Below, in pieces: positions 63,635-64,000 of a DNA stretch of 64,000 bases; position 1 is the first letter of the stretch; each line of letters begins with the position of its first letter. The notes beneath the pieces were generated by a model. It was not told where the DNA came from and did no database searches. It worked only from the letters and a program-made list of their open reading frames with translations. Origin of the DNA: Trichodelitschia bisporula (taxonomy: Eukaryota). A program made the position numbers and the translations under genes. The stretch is from positions 681,224 through 745,223 of the forward strand of contig ML996694.1 in NCBI GenBank assembly GCA_010356995.1, written 5' to 3'.

Positions 63635-64000
63635 GCCTTTGTTCTCCCTCAAGTGCAGCTTTAAGGGTCCGTCGATCGACGAGGAGGTCTGGGGTGATGT
63701 AACGGTTCCACCGCACCGTTGCAATATAGCTGAAAGTTTTGAACAAAATCCCGAGGTCGATTGTGCCGGGTCCTTGTGATAGGACAAGTGAAAGGCAGTC
63801 TCGTGGTATATCGTTGATAAAATTTTGATAATGCCGGGGTGCGGACTCGAGAGCAGCGAAGCAGGGGGATTTGAATGGAGGGGTAGGGGTTGGAGGTGTG
63901 GAAAGCCCACCAGGGCGAGCAGAGAGTAGCAACTCACGGAAAGACATAATGACCATGAAGTGCGCTTGTTCAGCCAGATCAATGATCAGAATGTTTTTCG

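Overview
Eukaryotic DNA from a filamentous ascomycete (Pezizomycotina, possibly Dothideomycetes). It is gene-dense and GC-rich, with mostly 40-60 nt GT-AG introns carrying CTRAC branch sites. About 23 protein genes could be reconstructed by hand-splicing. Recognisable ones are DRS2 (partial), mitoribosomal mL46, a RING-3xZZ-SH3 protein, a SIT/ARN siderophore transporter, CDC42, a ZIP zinc transporter, a nucleoside-deoxyribosyltransferase-like protein, a GPI protein, a carboxylesterase, an amidase, STU2/ALP14, nudF/LIS1, BUD4, SGF73, a GH3 beta-glucosidase, arg-2/CPA1 and an OST-alpha/TMEM184 protein; several orphans are also present. Elements the ORF track misses: a stand-alone box H/ACA snoRNA-like gene (~3855-3980), the spliced arginine attenuator peptide uORF of CPA1, SreA-type ATCWGATAA sites, and a long uORF overlapping the nudF start whose AUG sits inside a 5' intron. 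Also found: an internal ubiquitin-tail LRLRGG motif in an orphan, a stand-alone I9-like protein with a mitochondrial-type presequence, and several decayed gene relics including a Sec24-like fragment. All family assignments come from motif recognition, not database searches. No tRNA, rRNA, CRISPR array or intact transposon was recognised.
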